Counted from the first letter of the stretch, positions 11,314-25,500 are shown. The stretch: 64,000 nucleotides of DNA from Lingula anatina (GCA_051362555.1 CM120640.1:38914788-38978787), one strand, 5' to 3'. Notes: a model not told the origin generated them from the letters alone. Numbers and translations are program-made.

Positions 11314-14300
11314 ATGGATTCAGACCGTGATAGCGGGTTGATGTACTATGTCGGGGGTCGATGGTATAAGGGAAGCACGACCAAACCCCCTCCCGAACCT
11401 TACCACCCCAGGAGTCATAATGCATGGCAATATGAATCATCACCCCCATCAAATGATCATCGGAAAGACCGTTCTTTTCCATATCACAACCAGAATGACC
11501 GCGTCGCACCCGAAAGGGTTTACGAAAACTACCAACCGTATCAAAATGGTCACATCGGTTCAAGTGACTGGTCACTCAACGGTCATGCGACAGCTATCCC
11601 CTCTCAAGCACAATTCACTCACAGCAGTGATACGGCAAGTGGCCTTGGGAGACGCAGGTTGCATAGGACTTTATTACCTACTGGAGGGGAAAATGAAAAA
11701 AGAAAAAAGGAAAAGAAGGCTAATGCACTTAAAGAACACGATGAAGAACACGCGGAAGAAAGGAGGCAACGTCAGCGGGACAGAGATCCAGTGTTATACT
11801 GCAAATTTGTGGCCAACTACCCCAAATCTGCTTTCTGTAAGTTTAAGGAATTTTATGCACTTAACATCAAAGCATCAAACACTCTCAATATCATCCAGAA
11901 TGTGTATATTCTTGTTGTCATTCATGATTATAATTATAATGTCACATTGACGATAATCAATATGCTTACTGAAACATTTGTCTCGTTCAAGTATTAAAGA
12001 CACCTCGTTTTCTTTCTTATCTATTTCTATGTCTTTTTCTGCATTCTCATATTCTCATTTTTATCGTAGGTATAACATTAGGATTCCACATTGCCTTTGT
12101 GGTGGTAACGGCGATATTAATGGCTGCTAGATATGACATATTCCCCGTTGAGTTCCTTTCCTTCCCAATGAACCTCAATGAAGACCCCACACGTTTGCGA
12201 GATTTGGCGTGGCGCCTCAGAAACAACGAGACTGGGCGGATCCGCAGAGTAACTACGGATACTGTGCGAACATTTTGGAATAGAAGCGCCACCGTCGACA
12301 GTGTAATTTTGTACTATGAAATTCCCGACGGAAACGTATTCACAAAAGATATACTTCAAGAGATGAAAAAGTTGGAGGATGACATTTACAATATACCTGC
12401 ATATCAGAACTCATTTTGCCAACTGGATTTTAACAGAACATGCATAAAACCAAGGTCTATCCTTCGCTACTTTGACGGCAGTTTGGCACACATCAGTAGC
12501 AAGTTTAATGATCCTACTTTTGGCAACATTCCTACTGTTTTGTTTGAAGCTCAAAACAATACGTTAACCAGAGTTGAGTTTCAGTATTTTCTAGGCATCG
12601 ACTCTGAGGTTAACCCGAACACTGTCCGTTCTAAGATAACTCGAAGTTCTTTACCTATGGGTTATCCACTGGAAATCGGAGGCGAGAGAGACGAACAACG
12701 CAAGGAAATCGAAACTTTTCTCGTGAACAACATCGTGCCGAAATTAAAAGACTCACAGAAATCACGACCCAAAGGCCTGTCGTTATTCTACTACAGCTTT
12801 CTTATTTTTAGAAATGACATTTTGAGTCAAGTGGTTTGGGACATGGTCCTGGCTGTTGGCAGTTTCGCTTTCATTTTCTGTTTCATTTGGTTTCAAACCA
12901 GATCGCTATGGATCACGGGTTGGGCGGTTTTGACGATCGTGACAGGGTTTTGTGGGGCAAATCTGATCTATCGTATTATCGCAGACTTCAGATACTTTGG
13001 ATTTTTCCATATTTTGGCAATATACATTATTCTAGGAATTGGAGCTGACGATGTCTTTGTATTCTACGACACATGGCGGGAGACTGCGCAGAATAAGTAC
13101 ATCAGTTTAGCGCACCGACTCTCAGACTGTTACCGTAGAGCAGCGGGCACAATGTTAGTAACCTCTCTTACGACAATGGCAGCGTTCCTTGCCAGCTCCG
13201 TTTCACCGCTTTTACCTATCAGAAGCTTCGGGGTATTTGCAGGAATTATGATAGGTGTTAACTATCTGACGGTCATAACTTTCCTTCCAGCAGTTGTTGT
13301 CATTTATCACATTTATTTCAAAAAGTACTGCTGTTGTTGCTGCGCAGCTAAAAAGGAAAGACCGGACACAAATACAGGGTTTGACTATAGCGTTCACAAT
13401 AATCATCGCGAAAAAGATGTTTATAGCTCGACGAAGACAGGAAAGAAGAAAGTTAAAGAAAACATCGTTGTGAGGTTCTTTAGTGGGCCTTTTTATCGAT
13501 TTGCAACTCACAAGGTAGCTCGTTGGATTATCGCGGTGTTGTTTCTAGGGATTTTTGCAGTTGGACTTTATTTTGTGACCACCCTTGAGGCTGAAGAAGA
13601 ACAGGTCGGTTTTAGCAGTAAATATTTTAAATATCTTAACATTATTTTATCGTTTGTGTATATATCAAATGTTTATAATCTTGAAGAATAATCGCCAATA
13701 ATGCTTAATCAAGACTTAAAGAATGTCTTACGACTTCTTATTCATTTCAGTTGTCACTGTATAGACCAGGCACAAACATTGCAAATGCACTGGATAGAGA
13801 AGCCAAGGCGTTTGTCCCAGCGGACAGTGACAGGTTTGCCACGGTGTATATAGTATGGGGATTGAAGCAGCGGGACCTCAGTGAATGCCACGGATCCGAT
13901 ATAGACTGTACAGGGAAGGCGGTCTGGGACAATTCCTTCGATTTGAACACACCATCGGCTCAGCTGGCTCTTAAGGTATTTTAATTCAGGCACGTAGGAA
14001 GCAAAACTTAAGTGACTGTGTAAGGGGGGCATTCAGAAAAAAATAATGACGAGGAGATTTTGCCTGGCTCTCTAAGTCTTGCTTTCTGTGACGTCGACGC
14101 TGCAAGTTAAATATGCCATGTCGATAGATCTACACCAGTTTAATATTATGTTCTCTCTCTCTCTTTTAAAGAGTGGGGGCAACCCTGTTACTCTGTTATT
14201 TTCTAAGAGCGATGTTTAAGATTTCATTTTTATGACATGTGTTGCTGTTTGTTGTTTTGCAAGAGAAGGTCCCACTTTCATTTTAGAACTTTTGCAACCG

Positions 14301-17077
14301 TTTAAGAAACCTTACTGATGCAGAAATTGACAGGTTGAAGATTCGGCGAGATTTACTTACATTACAAGCACAAGTTAACTGCTTCATGGACAACTTACAG
14401 GTCTTCCTTGAGGTAAAGTCCATTTGTTTGACGGTACATGGTTATGCATGTCTAAAAAAAGAGTGAACCGGTTTTGTTTAAGAATGCGTATTTAACAATT
14501 ATTTGGTCATTGTTTATTTTAACCTTTTAAGCTGCTTTTTTCTTACTTTTTATGCAAATGAGCAATTTATGCGACAGGTTTTATTAGGTCTGGATCGTTT
14601 TGTTTCCAGGTCATGTCGATGCAACCTTTTTTATTTTGAATTTTCTTCCTTGCATGTTAAATAGAATTTTTATACATTTTGTAGAATGAGGAAAATAAGA
14701 CCATGAATGGGACAGCGATTTATCCAAACGACCTGCAGCTTTCATTACCTCTCACTGAACGGAAGATGGCGCGTTTCATGGGAGTACATTCATATTTGTA
14801 CAACTCGGTCCCAGAGACGTTCCATAGATACTTTGAGGTAAACGTTGGCAGGCATGTCATATGAGGGTTCAACCAGCGTCGGTTTTAAGGCAATTTACAG
14901 AAAGTAGACGGACTGAATGTTGTTAAACGTGTGGGTCGTTGGGAAACCAGTGATATCCCTCAGTTAATAAACTCTCGAGATGAACTTGGGCTGGGTGTTC
15001 CAAAAATTTAAACCGTTTCAACTTTGCAAGCGGGTGAAAATAATAAGGTTGTGATTAGATAACGAAAAAATGCAGATGTAGATTTTCAGTCCTGTGTTTT
15101 GAGTATATGCAGATATATTTTGTATTATTGTTAATATCCGAGAAGCACACTGTCTTAGTCTAATTTGACACGAGATATTAATAGTATGCTCGTCTTTTAA
15201 TTCATTTTATACAGATTGGGTTATCTTACTGGCTGAGTGCTGGTTACCGCCTTACAAAGACGGCAGATTTCGATGCATACGACACTCTGTTAGGTGAATG
15301 GAATGATGATGGTTTTACTCAAAACATCAAAACTATTCCAGGTAAGACATGAATGTATTCAACAGATGGAGATGTGAGAAATAAGATATTTTGAAATACG
15401 TTTAAAAGCTTAGAAGACGTATTAGTTACGAGAAAAATTCCATGCTTTCCAATAATGCCTAATTTCTACTGCAGTTTTTCTTTTTTTCATTCTAAACCAT
15501 GGCATTTTTCTGGGCTGTATCATAGTTATCAACCACAGAACTTCATTTATTTTGATGCAAAAAATCTCGCTAATGGTTACAATAAGTTAAAATAACGAAT
15601 TTTAAGTGTTGTCATTTTTATACCGAAGGTGTCAAGTATGGCACGAGACTGAGGTACGCTGCGATAACAGTGAACCTAACCCTGAACCCTCGAGTTACTG
15701 GCTACGTGACTGGACTGCCCGTCATGGACGCCTGGGAAAATTTTGTGAACGATGAGGTAATTTAAGATATATTATACTAACCAACCGATTTATTTTGGCA
15801 CGAAGATTTATCCTTTGTCATTAACTGAGTTAGCATATGCTCGTTTTATATATCTTCATTAAGTCTCTCAGAGTTTTCGAATTGAACAGAAAATATGTGT
15901 ACATGTACTAATATAGGACTACTGTTTTCCCCCAGGTTTCCAGGATGCCGACTCCGCTGCAGGGTGGATTTCAGTGCACAAGAAATACTTGGCATTTCCT
16001 CAAAGTACAAGAGGTGAAAAATATTATTTATTTCCATGTGGTGTAGCCTGCTATAAATTCATGTTTCACAATGGTTACACAATACAAAATAAATTTGTCA
16101 GACGGACTCTGCAGTAATTGACATCTGACAAGCAGCTCAACTTAAGATTGAACTTTTATTTAATAGCAATAACCTTGTTTGATTTTGTCGGTCTTTCAAA
16201 AAGGATTTAAAAAGAGCAAAAAAATTCATCTTTTGTTTCTAGAATCTGGCAAACACAGCCATCACCGGGATAGCCATAGGGATAGGCATAGCGTTCCCCT
16301 TACTCGTGATTGCCACAGGAAATATCATCGTCGGCTTCCTGGCTACATTGACAATGTGCATGGTGACCGTCTGTGTGGTGGGGATGATTCCCCTGCTGGG
16401 ATGGAAATTGGGGGTGGGTCCAACACCTAAATTTACTCCATTGTTGAATTTTATCGAATCTGATTGGGTGAATACGTGTGTAAACTACATATTTTGTGAC
16501 ATTTGTATTCTTAAGTCGTTTATTGCGCATTTGGTCTTCTGAAATATTTCCGTAAATGAAATCCACAAAACATACATACTGTGATGAATTAAAATTATTT
16601 ATGTTTTAGGTTCTGAGTTCGTTAAACTTATGCCTGGTGGTAGGCCTGGCTGTGGATTACGTCGTCCACCTGGCAGAGGGTTACCACATCTCTCCTCACG
16701 AGACGCGCAGCGGCCGCATCAAGGACATGTTACACCACGTGGGCATTTCTGTCCTCTCTGGAGCCTGCACAACGCTGGGAGCGTCGGTTTTCATGATGTT
16801 CGCCACCATCCAGTTTTACGTCCAGTTTGGCGTGTTCATTTTCTCCGTTATAGGATTTTCCTGCTTGTTTGCACTGTTTTTCTTCACTGCAGCCCTTTCC
16901 ATTATTGGACCCCAAGGTAGATTTGGATCGCTCGGCCCTGCTGTTGATTGGTTTAAAGATTTTTGCATGGGACGGGATTCAAGCGATGTAGATTGTAGGG
17001 TGTGTCACGGTAAAGGGTTTCTAAAAGAGAGTCAGATACCTGCTGTTCTCAAAGAGAGGAACCAAAACACTTTCTAA
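11314..17077 (+). CDS. Dispatched-like RND / sterol-sensing-domain 12-TM protein, copy 1 (about 1177 aa)
   Basis: Exons 11314-11836, 12070-13604, 13751-13975, 14287-14412, 14685-14837, 15215-15341, 15629-15756, 15936-16013, 16243-16413 and 16610-17077 join in frame. TM4 is LGIGADDVFVF, SSD region TMLVTSLTTMAAF..FGVFAG, TM10 VGLAVDYVVHLAEGY, then GISVLSGACTTLGAS. This is the Dispatched/Patched-family pattern; exact orthology is undetermined. Confidence 0.92.
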
Positions 17078-18754
17078 CTGTGTACACACGAATTCAAATT
17101 TGTCTTTTATCTACACCAGTGTATTACGATAAAGATACATTGTATATTTAACGTGCCACCTTTTAGGCCAGTAAACGAGCATATTTTCCCCATTGAGGTT
17201 GGAAAAAATTGGTGACAAAGGTTTCTCAACTGATTCTGGTCCGTTGAAGGCCCAATATAGCCCAAAAAATTTTCCCCATAAATCCCCCCATGGCAAAGTC
17301 TCATTTTCCACAAAAATCCAAAATGGCCGCTATTGAATGGGGTGGGTGGACTTGAAATCCATAACTTGGGAACCCAATGTCACAGAAAATATGGAGATCC
17401 AAAATATCTCTTTTAATGGGAGTCGTATGACATAGAATAGGCAATGTGTTTTTGTTTGCTTCTCTGGCGAATTCCATTAATGAACTGATGTCACAATGAC
17501 ATCAAAGAGATAATTTAAAGTTATTAAAACACGATTTTAATCCTTATTTTCATTTATCAGTCAGCAAAATAGGAAAAAACTGATAAAAAATTATTTCGAA
17601 AAAAATATTCCATATTAAATGTCAAGTCTGTATATACATCCATTTTACCTACCGCTAACGCCTTGAACTTTACCTAATTTATACAGTTCATGAAATTGGC
17701 AAAATAAAGAATATTGATAATTTTACAAAGTTGCTTAAAATGGTATATTTTAATGGTACTGAAAAACGTAAGCGATATCTTGTAAAATGAATTTCCTCGG
17801 AAGATAATGAACAAATAAAATTATGAAAGACTGTAACGGTAAGCTGACCATCGGCATCTGAATATGTTGATTATCATTGAATATTCACCCTAATATTTAA
17901 AAAATCTGATTCGCAGGTTCGATTATAAGCGAATTATGAACGAATTGGTTATCTAATATAAGGTGAGCGTTTCACGCAGCAATGTTTTCAAATTATGTAA
18001 ATTATCTACTATTTAATAATATCATAGAAGTTTACATTAAAAACAAGGGAGGGAGTGAGGGGGATAGGGCACGCTTTTGGTTGGGCAGCGTAATCACAGC
18101 ACATGTACCTCATATAGTAGCTTAATTTCCATTAATAATAAAATCATCATTTAAGTCAAAATATTCTCGCGATTTAATAAATATTCTAATTTACCCAGAA
18201 CAGTATATTTATTTAAAAGGAGGCTAACTGAAATATAGTTTTATTATTTGTTTGTGAAAATTGCTCATGTCACCCTGTTAGTTTGGAGGTCTAAGCTGGA
18301 TCAAGTCCATGTTAAAATTCCTATGAAGCTGTGCAGGAAAAATTCTTCCTTTGTTTCTCTAGCTCCTCGATAAACCTGGTGTTCAGATTTTATCTAGTAC
18401 CCCCAGGTCTGCGGGAGCTGCTCTTTGACACTAACGCACAGGTAGATTTTTACCTGAGATAAATATCGCCAGATAGATACTCGCTACAGGAAAATTTTTG
18501 AAATTTCAGGTTCAGTCAGTTAAAACTATATTATGACGATTAAAAAAAGAACTACTGAATTTCAATCACTCTATAGAGTTTTGCGGTTATTGATTTATTT
18601 TACAATGGAACTCCAACGATAACAAAACATTAGTGCGTTTGTAAAGGTTTAGGTCAACATAAAAGGTAAGCCCTCCCTGCTTATGTTTTTATTTTTTGAT
18701 CGACACTCGTAGACAAATATGTTATACTTATACATTGCAAAACAGTTTGCATAG

Positions 18755-19300
18755 TCTTTGTGCTGAACGCGCATGTGTAGACCATGATTATATAAAAAAG
18801 CGTAGGTTGAAATATGGTAAACAAATCCCAGTCATGTCCAGTCGGAACTAATTTTACCGGGTAATTTGTTTTACCTGATCTATAGGCAGACAACTTAGAG
18901 GTATAAGTACATAAGTGAACAGCGCTACCTTTTCTCGTTTTGCAATGTCACGTTCACGCATCACCAACTGTTAAGATAAAATGTTGTTTCAGCATGGTTT
19001 CATGATATACGAACATGTTGCATATAAAAAGGTTTATTTGTACAGATTTTCATTTCATATCATTACTTAATACGAAATGTTTTCGTAGGGAGATATAACG
19101 CTCAATAGAACTTAGTTCAAAACAACAAATATTGGTATAAAAAAAGCCAATATTTGTATCAAAAATATTTTTATTGTTCTATCCATGTTTGTGGGGTTAC
19201 CTGAATGAGGAAGTTGTGAATTTATTTTAAAAGCATTCAAAATTAGGATGACCTACATGACATATCAAAGTTAAAGTTTCCTTTCCACAGTGAAGCCATC
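18755..19300 (+). pseudogene. Relic 5' end (promoter, first exon, intron, acceptor) of a third Dispatched-like copy with no coding part
   Basis: 18760-18950 aligns with 9870-10090. The 19175-19225 TGAGGAAGT module aligns with about 10640-10690 and 28575-28625. 19248-19296 TGACCTACATG..CAG|TGAA aligns with 11258-11306, but no ATG or ORF follows. Confidence 0.6.
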
Positions 19301-19599
19301 CTTATTTCTTTCTTGCAATATTTTCTATCGGATATTGTGGTATAGACAGAAAATGCAACAAACAAGCAAATTGTTAAATTGGGTGTAATTATACAAGATG
19401 AATAAGGGAATTAATATGCCTAATTGTACAAACACGTCATACAAACATACAAGTAATAAAAAGACATCTGTTAAACTCATAACAAACAAGAGATACTGTA
19501 AACATATTATAAAGTCCTGATAAGGGTATAAAATTTGAAATATGCTTAAAATACATCAACCACAAATTTCTAAAAATAGTGAAAGAAAAAGGAAAAACT

Positions 19600-22500
19600 T
19601 AATTTTGTTTTAAACTTTGGCATTATTTTACAAGAGGAAGAGTAGGATGAAGTTAATCTTGTGAAGTGAGGAATGGTTGGTTTATGAGGATCGGTTGGTT
19701 TGTGGTCAAGAGGAGACGCTTTCGCTGACTGACTGAAAGAACTGAGTGGTTTTATTAGTTAGATCTATTGTGTTACCTCCAAACATTGTCAGCTATTAGA
19801 ACTATTGATGTTTGCCCAATTTTGCATTTTCAGCTACCGGTGACAAATTTTGGAAGAGCTACATTTCTAATTTTCACTCAGAAGGGAGCGTCGATGCCTC
19901 TTTACATTTTATTGGTAAAAGTTAGTATTCTTATTAGTTAAAATTAATATTCTAATCGATGACATTTTACTTTTAAAGGCAAGTGTAATTTTATTTCCAT
20001 TTTAAACTTCAGACGTTGATAAAATATCCGTTTCATATGTATTTTATAATACATATACAACGCCTGAAAAAATCTTAATTTTTATCATTTGGAAAGCAGT
20101 GGACACAAAACTAGAAGCACGCGACAGACAATTTTGCTATGGGGCGATGGTGTCAAGATTTCCTGACAGAGGTGCATTAGCACCGGGTGCAAAGCAACTT
20201 GACATTCGATTACGTTGACTCATAGTAACCTATTCTTTCAAATCTTTTATAACGTTTTCTTGTGGTTCTGCTTGAAAAAAATAACTATGGATAAATGGCT
20301 TTTCAGCGCCAAGGAGGAAGTAAACAAAAACGGGAAAGTACCAAGTTTAAGATGGCGTATTTTCAAAAAATAAATTCAGTCCAACAAGGGTAAGAAAAAC
20401 ATATATTACCCTGTAACCTATTCTTTCAAATCATTTATAACGTATCCTTGTGGTTCTGCTGTAAAAACTACAAATAGCATTTCAGAAATAGCCTTTCAGC
20501 GCCAAGAAGGAAGTATAAACTAAAACCAACACTAGTAAACAAATTTGTCATACACAAGATTACTCACAAATGATAGCAATGCTCTGGTGCTGAGCGCGCA
20601 TGTGTAGATCATGATTTTGTATTTAAAAAAAAACATGAAAATGTTTCAATTTAACATGTAAAGTGTGTTCTTTAATCCAAAGGGCTCGCTGTAATTATAC
20701 AAGATGAATAAGGAAATAAATAACAGATTAAAAAAAAAACAACAAACTGCTGATCAATTGAGCCTACCTTCCTTTTCCCATCTCCCCTCACCGTGCAGAG
20801 CAAGTTTATATTCGATTACGAAGACACATAGTAACCTATTCTTTCAAATTCTTTATAACGTATTCTTGTGTTTCTGTTTGAAAAACTACAAAGGAGAAAT
20901 AGCTTTTCAGCGCCAAGAAGGAAGTATAAACTAAAACCAACACTCGTAAACAAATATGTCATACTTACACATGATTACCTACAAATGTTAGCAAGGTTCT
21001 GGTGCTGAGCGCGCATGTTTAGATCATGATTATATAATTAAAAAACGCAGGTTGAAGTATGAGAATCAAAACTCTGGCATGTTCAGTCGGAAATAATTCT
21101 ACCAGGCTATTTTTGATTTGATCTGAAGGCAGAAAACTTTTCCAACTAAGAGGTAAGTATACAAGCTATTAACGCTACCCTTCTCCTTTTGTACGTTAAA
21201 TTTTTTTCAAACAGGACCACAAAAATAAGTTATAAAAGATTTCAAGTAATAACTTACTGCGCCTACCTATCGAATATATTTTCTTCGGTGTTTTAGGTCT
21301 TTTGCAATCTATCTGACATGTATTAATTTGAAATTATATATTAAAACATGAATTTATCTTAACAGATGATGATGTCTAATATAGAAAAAGACTTAATAAA
21401 TAATTTACACTAAAACTGTTCAGTTTTAAGGAGGTAATAATAATATATTTAAATTAGTGTGAACTGGATCTCACATTTTGAAAAGAAAGACAAAACGCTT
21501 CAACCTTATCACGAGGCCTTCAGGTGAACAGGTGTTGAGTTGTAACAGGGGTCACGTGGTGACAATCTGCGTTATACTCGTATATGGTTTTGCATCCCTA
21601 TGCACAAATAGACAGGAACAACTATACTTTGGCTTATAAAAGAATTCGTCTCATTTGCAGAATTGGAATTGAAGAACAAACATTTTTTATACATTAGTTC
21701 CCCACTTACAAAGACAAAACACAGGGTTTTTTAATAAAAAAAGGCAGATATTTCAGATGATAAGATTGCTTCTCTGGCTAATGATTTGATGGTCGCTTCA
21801 AGGTATTCAGAAAGGTTTATAAATATATACAATACATTAAATACTGAAAAAGTGTCAGTATAACATGTAAAATGCGATTTTCTATGCCAAATAATTGGTG
21901 TTATCATGCAAGATGAAGATTGGAATAAGTATAAGATAAAGAAAACTGCTGATCACTTAAGCCTGCCTCCTTCGCCCCTTTAAAAAAAAAATTAGTAAAA
22001 TAGAAACAAAATAACAAAATCGCATAATTGATAAGTAATTGTCCTTATTATATTCGTTGCATAAAACATTCAAACAATGATAAAAACCATTACAATCGTA
22101 AAAAAAACAAGAGGCATTGAAGTAATATTAAAAATTTATGAGGATATAATTTTTTGAAATGTACATATCATCAACTACGGATTTCTAAAACAAGTTTAAC
22201 AAAACTGAATAAACATCTGAACTTGCTTTGTTTGAAACTGGGATTATGCTACACGTTTGAAGAGTAGGATAAAGTTAATTTGTGAAGTGAAATGTAACAG
22301 AGTCTCTTGATGATCGGTTCGTTTGGGATCGAGAGAGGCATTCGATGACTGACTGAAAGAATTGAATGGTTTTATTGGTTAGATCTATGGTGTTACCACC
22401 CCACACATTGTCAGCTTAATTCCGAAGCTACTGATGTTACCCCAATTTTGCACATTCGGCTTCCTGTGGCAAAAAAAAAAAAAAAAAAAAAAAGGAATGG

Positions 22501-25500
22501 ACTGTTATATGAAAAAAGATTTCTTCCCTAGACAATGTTATGATGGTTTATGCAAGACAATATATATAATTTAAGGGTGTATACAATGCACTAAAACATG
22601 AAAATGTTTCAATTTAACATGTAAAGTGCGTTTTTTAATCCAAAGGGCTCGCTGTAATTATACAAGATTAATAAGGAAATAAATAACAGATTAAAAAAAC
22701 TACTGATCAATTGAGCCTACCTTCCTTTTCCCATCTCCCCTCACCGTGCAGAGCAAGTTTATATTCGATTACGTAGACACATAGTAACCTATTCTTTCAA
22801 ATCCTTTATAACGTATTCTTGTGTTTCTGTTTGAAAAACTACAAAGGAGAAATAGCTTTTCAGCGCCAAGAAGGAAGTATAAACTAAAACCAACACTCGT
22901 AAACAAATATGTCATACTTACACATGATTACCTACAAATGTAAGCAAGGCTCTGGTGCTGAGCGCGCATGTTTAGATCATGATTATATATAAAAAAAAAA
23001 GCAGGTTGAAGTATGAGAATCAAAACTCTGACATGTTCAGTCGGAAATAATTCTACCAGGCTATTTTTGATTTGATCTGAAGGCAGAAATCTTTTCCAAC
23101 TTAGAGGTAAGTATACGAGCTATTAGCGCTACCCTTCTCCTTTTGTACGTTATTTTTTTTTCAAACAGGACCACAAAAATAAGTTATAAAAGATTTCAAG
23201 TAATAACTTACTGCGCCTACCTTATTGAATATATTTTCTTCAGTGTTTTAGGTCTTTTGCAATCTATCTGACATGTATTAATTTGAAATTATATATTAAA
23301 ACATGAATTTATCTTAACAGATGATGATATCTAACATTGAAAAATACTTAATAAATAATTTACACTAAAACAGTTCAGTTTTAAGGAGGTAATAATAATA
23401 ATATATTTGAATTGGTGTGAACTGGATTTCACATTTTGAAAAGAAAGTCAAAACCACGAGGCCTTCAGGTGAACAGGTGTTGAGTTGTAACAGGGGTCAC
23501 GTGGTGACAATCTGCGTTATACTCGTATATGGTTTTGCATCCCTATGCACAAATAGACAGGAACAACTATACTTTGGCTTATAAAAGAATTCGTCTTATT
23601 TGCAGAATTGGAATTGAAGAATAAACATTTTTTAAACATTAGTTCCCCAATTACAAAGACAAAAGACAGGGTTTTAAAATGAAAAAGGCAGATATTTCAG
23701 ATGATAAGATTGCTTCTCTGGATAATGATTTGATGGTCGCTTCAAGGTATTCAGAAAGGTTTATAAATATATACAATACATTAAATACTGTAAAAAGTGT
23801 CAGTATAACATGTAAAATGCGATTTTTTATCCCAAAGGATTGGTGTAATCATGCAAGATGAAGGTCGGAATAAGCATAAGATAAAGAAAACTGCACTTAA
23901 GCCTGCCTCCTTCCCCCTCCCCCAAAAAAGAAAAAAAAAAACTTAGTAAAATAGTATCAAAATTACAAAATCGCATAATTGATAAGTAATTGTCCTTATT
24001 ATATTATATTATATGCGTTGCATAAAACATTCAAACAATGATAAAAACCATTACAATCATAAAAAACAAGAGGCATTGTACGGAGGATGTTGGACATGTC
24101 CAAAAGATTCTACGAATAGCCTGCGAACAGCGAGGCCACAAGAGTAACTTGCTCCCCTCGCACGGAGTTAGCAAGAGAGACGCGCGCTGTGCAAGACACA
24201 CGTCGCAAGCAATGAAGGAGCAAGTGCCCTTTGCGTGTTGAGTAAGGTACACGCCCTCACAACTAACGAACAAAGTCGAGAGCACACCGGGAATGCGTCG
24301 CACGTGCGTCACCCCCACGCCTGGTGTATAAAAGGCGTGCTCACGACGCACGCTCGTGTCTTTACAATAAACGTCGACTATGAAACGTGTACAACTATTT
24401 TCAAAATTTTCAAATTTTTGCTCAATTTAGTTTCTAATATGCCTCCAAAAGGCAAGAGAAAGAAGCTTACATAGTAGAAAAAGGGAGGAGGAAAAAGAAA
24501 GAAGAGGAGAACAGGAAGCAAAACTGACGTACGCCGTCAGTACGTCACCACAAACGTGTGAGGCAAGTCTGAAGCAAAACTGCCGCAAAAAGGCACTACT
24601 TTCGCCGTGCGTTGCATTCCCTTCGTAAGTGGTGAGTGTGTGCCACGTACACAGGAAGCAAGACAAACTCAAGAAATGAGTACAATTTCCACGGCCATCG
24701 CTCCTTGCAATTAGCGTCCCTGCTTGAAAGGACATCTCATGTGGCCCTTGCGACTCGCAAGGCAGACTTTCCTCTACCTCTACCTCTACGACCTCCACGG
24801 CCTCCGCAACACCCAAAAATCGCAGGGGACGTACGATCCTGAAATTCGTGCGTCTGGTTGTGACAGCGGCTTTAGATCTATGGTGTTACCTCCACACAGC
24901 TGGTCAGCTTAATTCCGAAGCTACTGATGTTAGCCCAGTTTTGCACATTCGGCTTCCTGTGGCAAAAAAAGACATAAGACTGTGCTTTTAAATGAAAAAG
25001 GTTGATATTTCAGATGATAAGATTTCTTCCCTAGACAATGTTATGATTGTTTATGCAAGACAATATATATATATAATATAAGGGTATATACAATGCACTA
25101 AAACATGAAAATGTTTCAAAATAACATCCAAAGGGCTCGCTGTAATTATACAAGATGAATAAGGAAATAAATAACAGATTTAAAAAACTGCTGATCAATT
25201 GAGCCTACCTTCCTTTTCCCATCTCCCCTCCCCCAAAAAGGAAAAAACTGAAGAAAATTAGTAACGAAATCGTATAATTGATAGAAAATTAATTACGCGT
25301 TATATAAAACATTCAAATAATAAAAAAGACATTGAATCATTATAAACAAATAATCATAGTAAAAAAACTAAATGAGGATATGGAATTTTGAGATGTACAA
25401 ATGTTCAACGTGCTGTGGCAAATTTTGGAAGAACTAGATCTCTCATTTTCACTCAGAAGAGGAGCATTGGTGCTTCTCTACATTTTATTGGTAAAAATTG

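Noticed and set aside
11348-11950. 200-aa +1-frame ORF overlapping the first coding exon, also open in copy 2 (29165-29650): possible dual coding
   Set aside because: Stops in the +1 frame need NTA/NTG (Leu/Ile/Val/Met) codons in the main frame, which are scarce in this hydrophilic region. The copies are not independent, and the ORF runs on into the intron.
12099-13691. 530-aa and 528-aa ORFs read as complete stand-alone genes
   Set aside because: They are single large exons bounded by splice sites (12070-13604; 29782-31271). Their tails are intron read-through.
17165-17760. TE-like sequence (TTTAGGCCAG.., CAAAATGGCCGC) starting exactly where copy 1/copy 2 3' homology ends
   Set aside because: No matching second terminus or TSD found, so boundaries and class cannot be supported.
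23679-23861. Micro-ORF MKKADISDDKIASLDN recurring in the repeat units (also about 24992 and 26673)
   Set aside because: The ATG is lost in the 21735 copy, lengths and frames differ between copies, and no splice context is evident. Recurrence is explained by DNA duplication.
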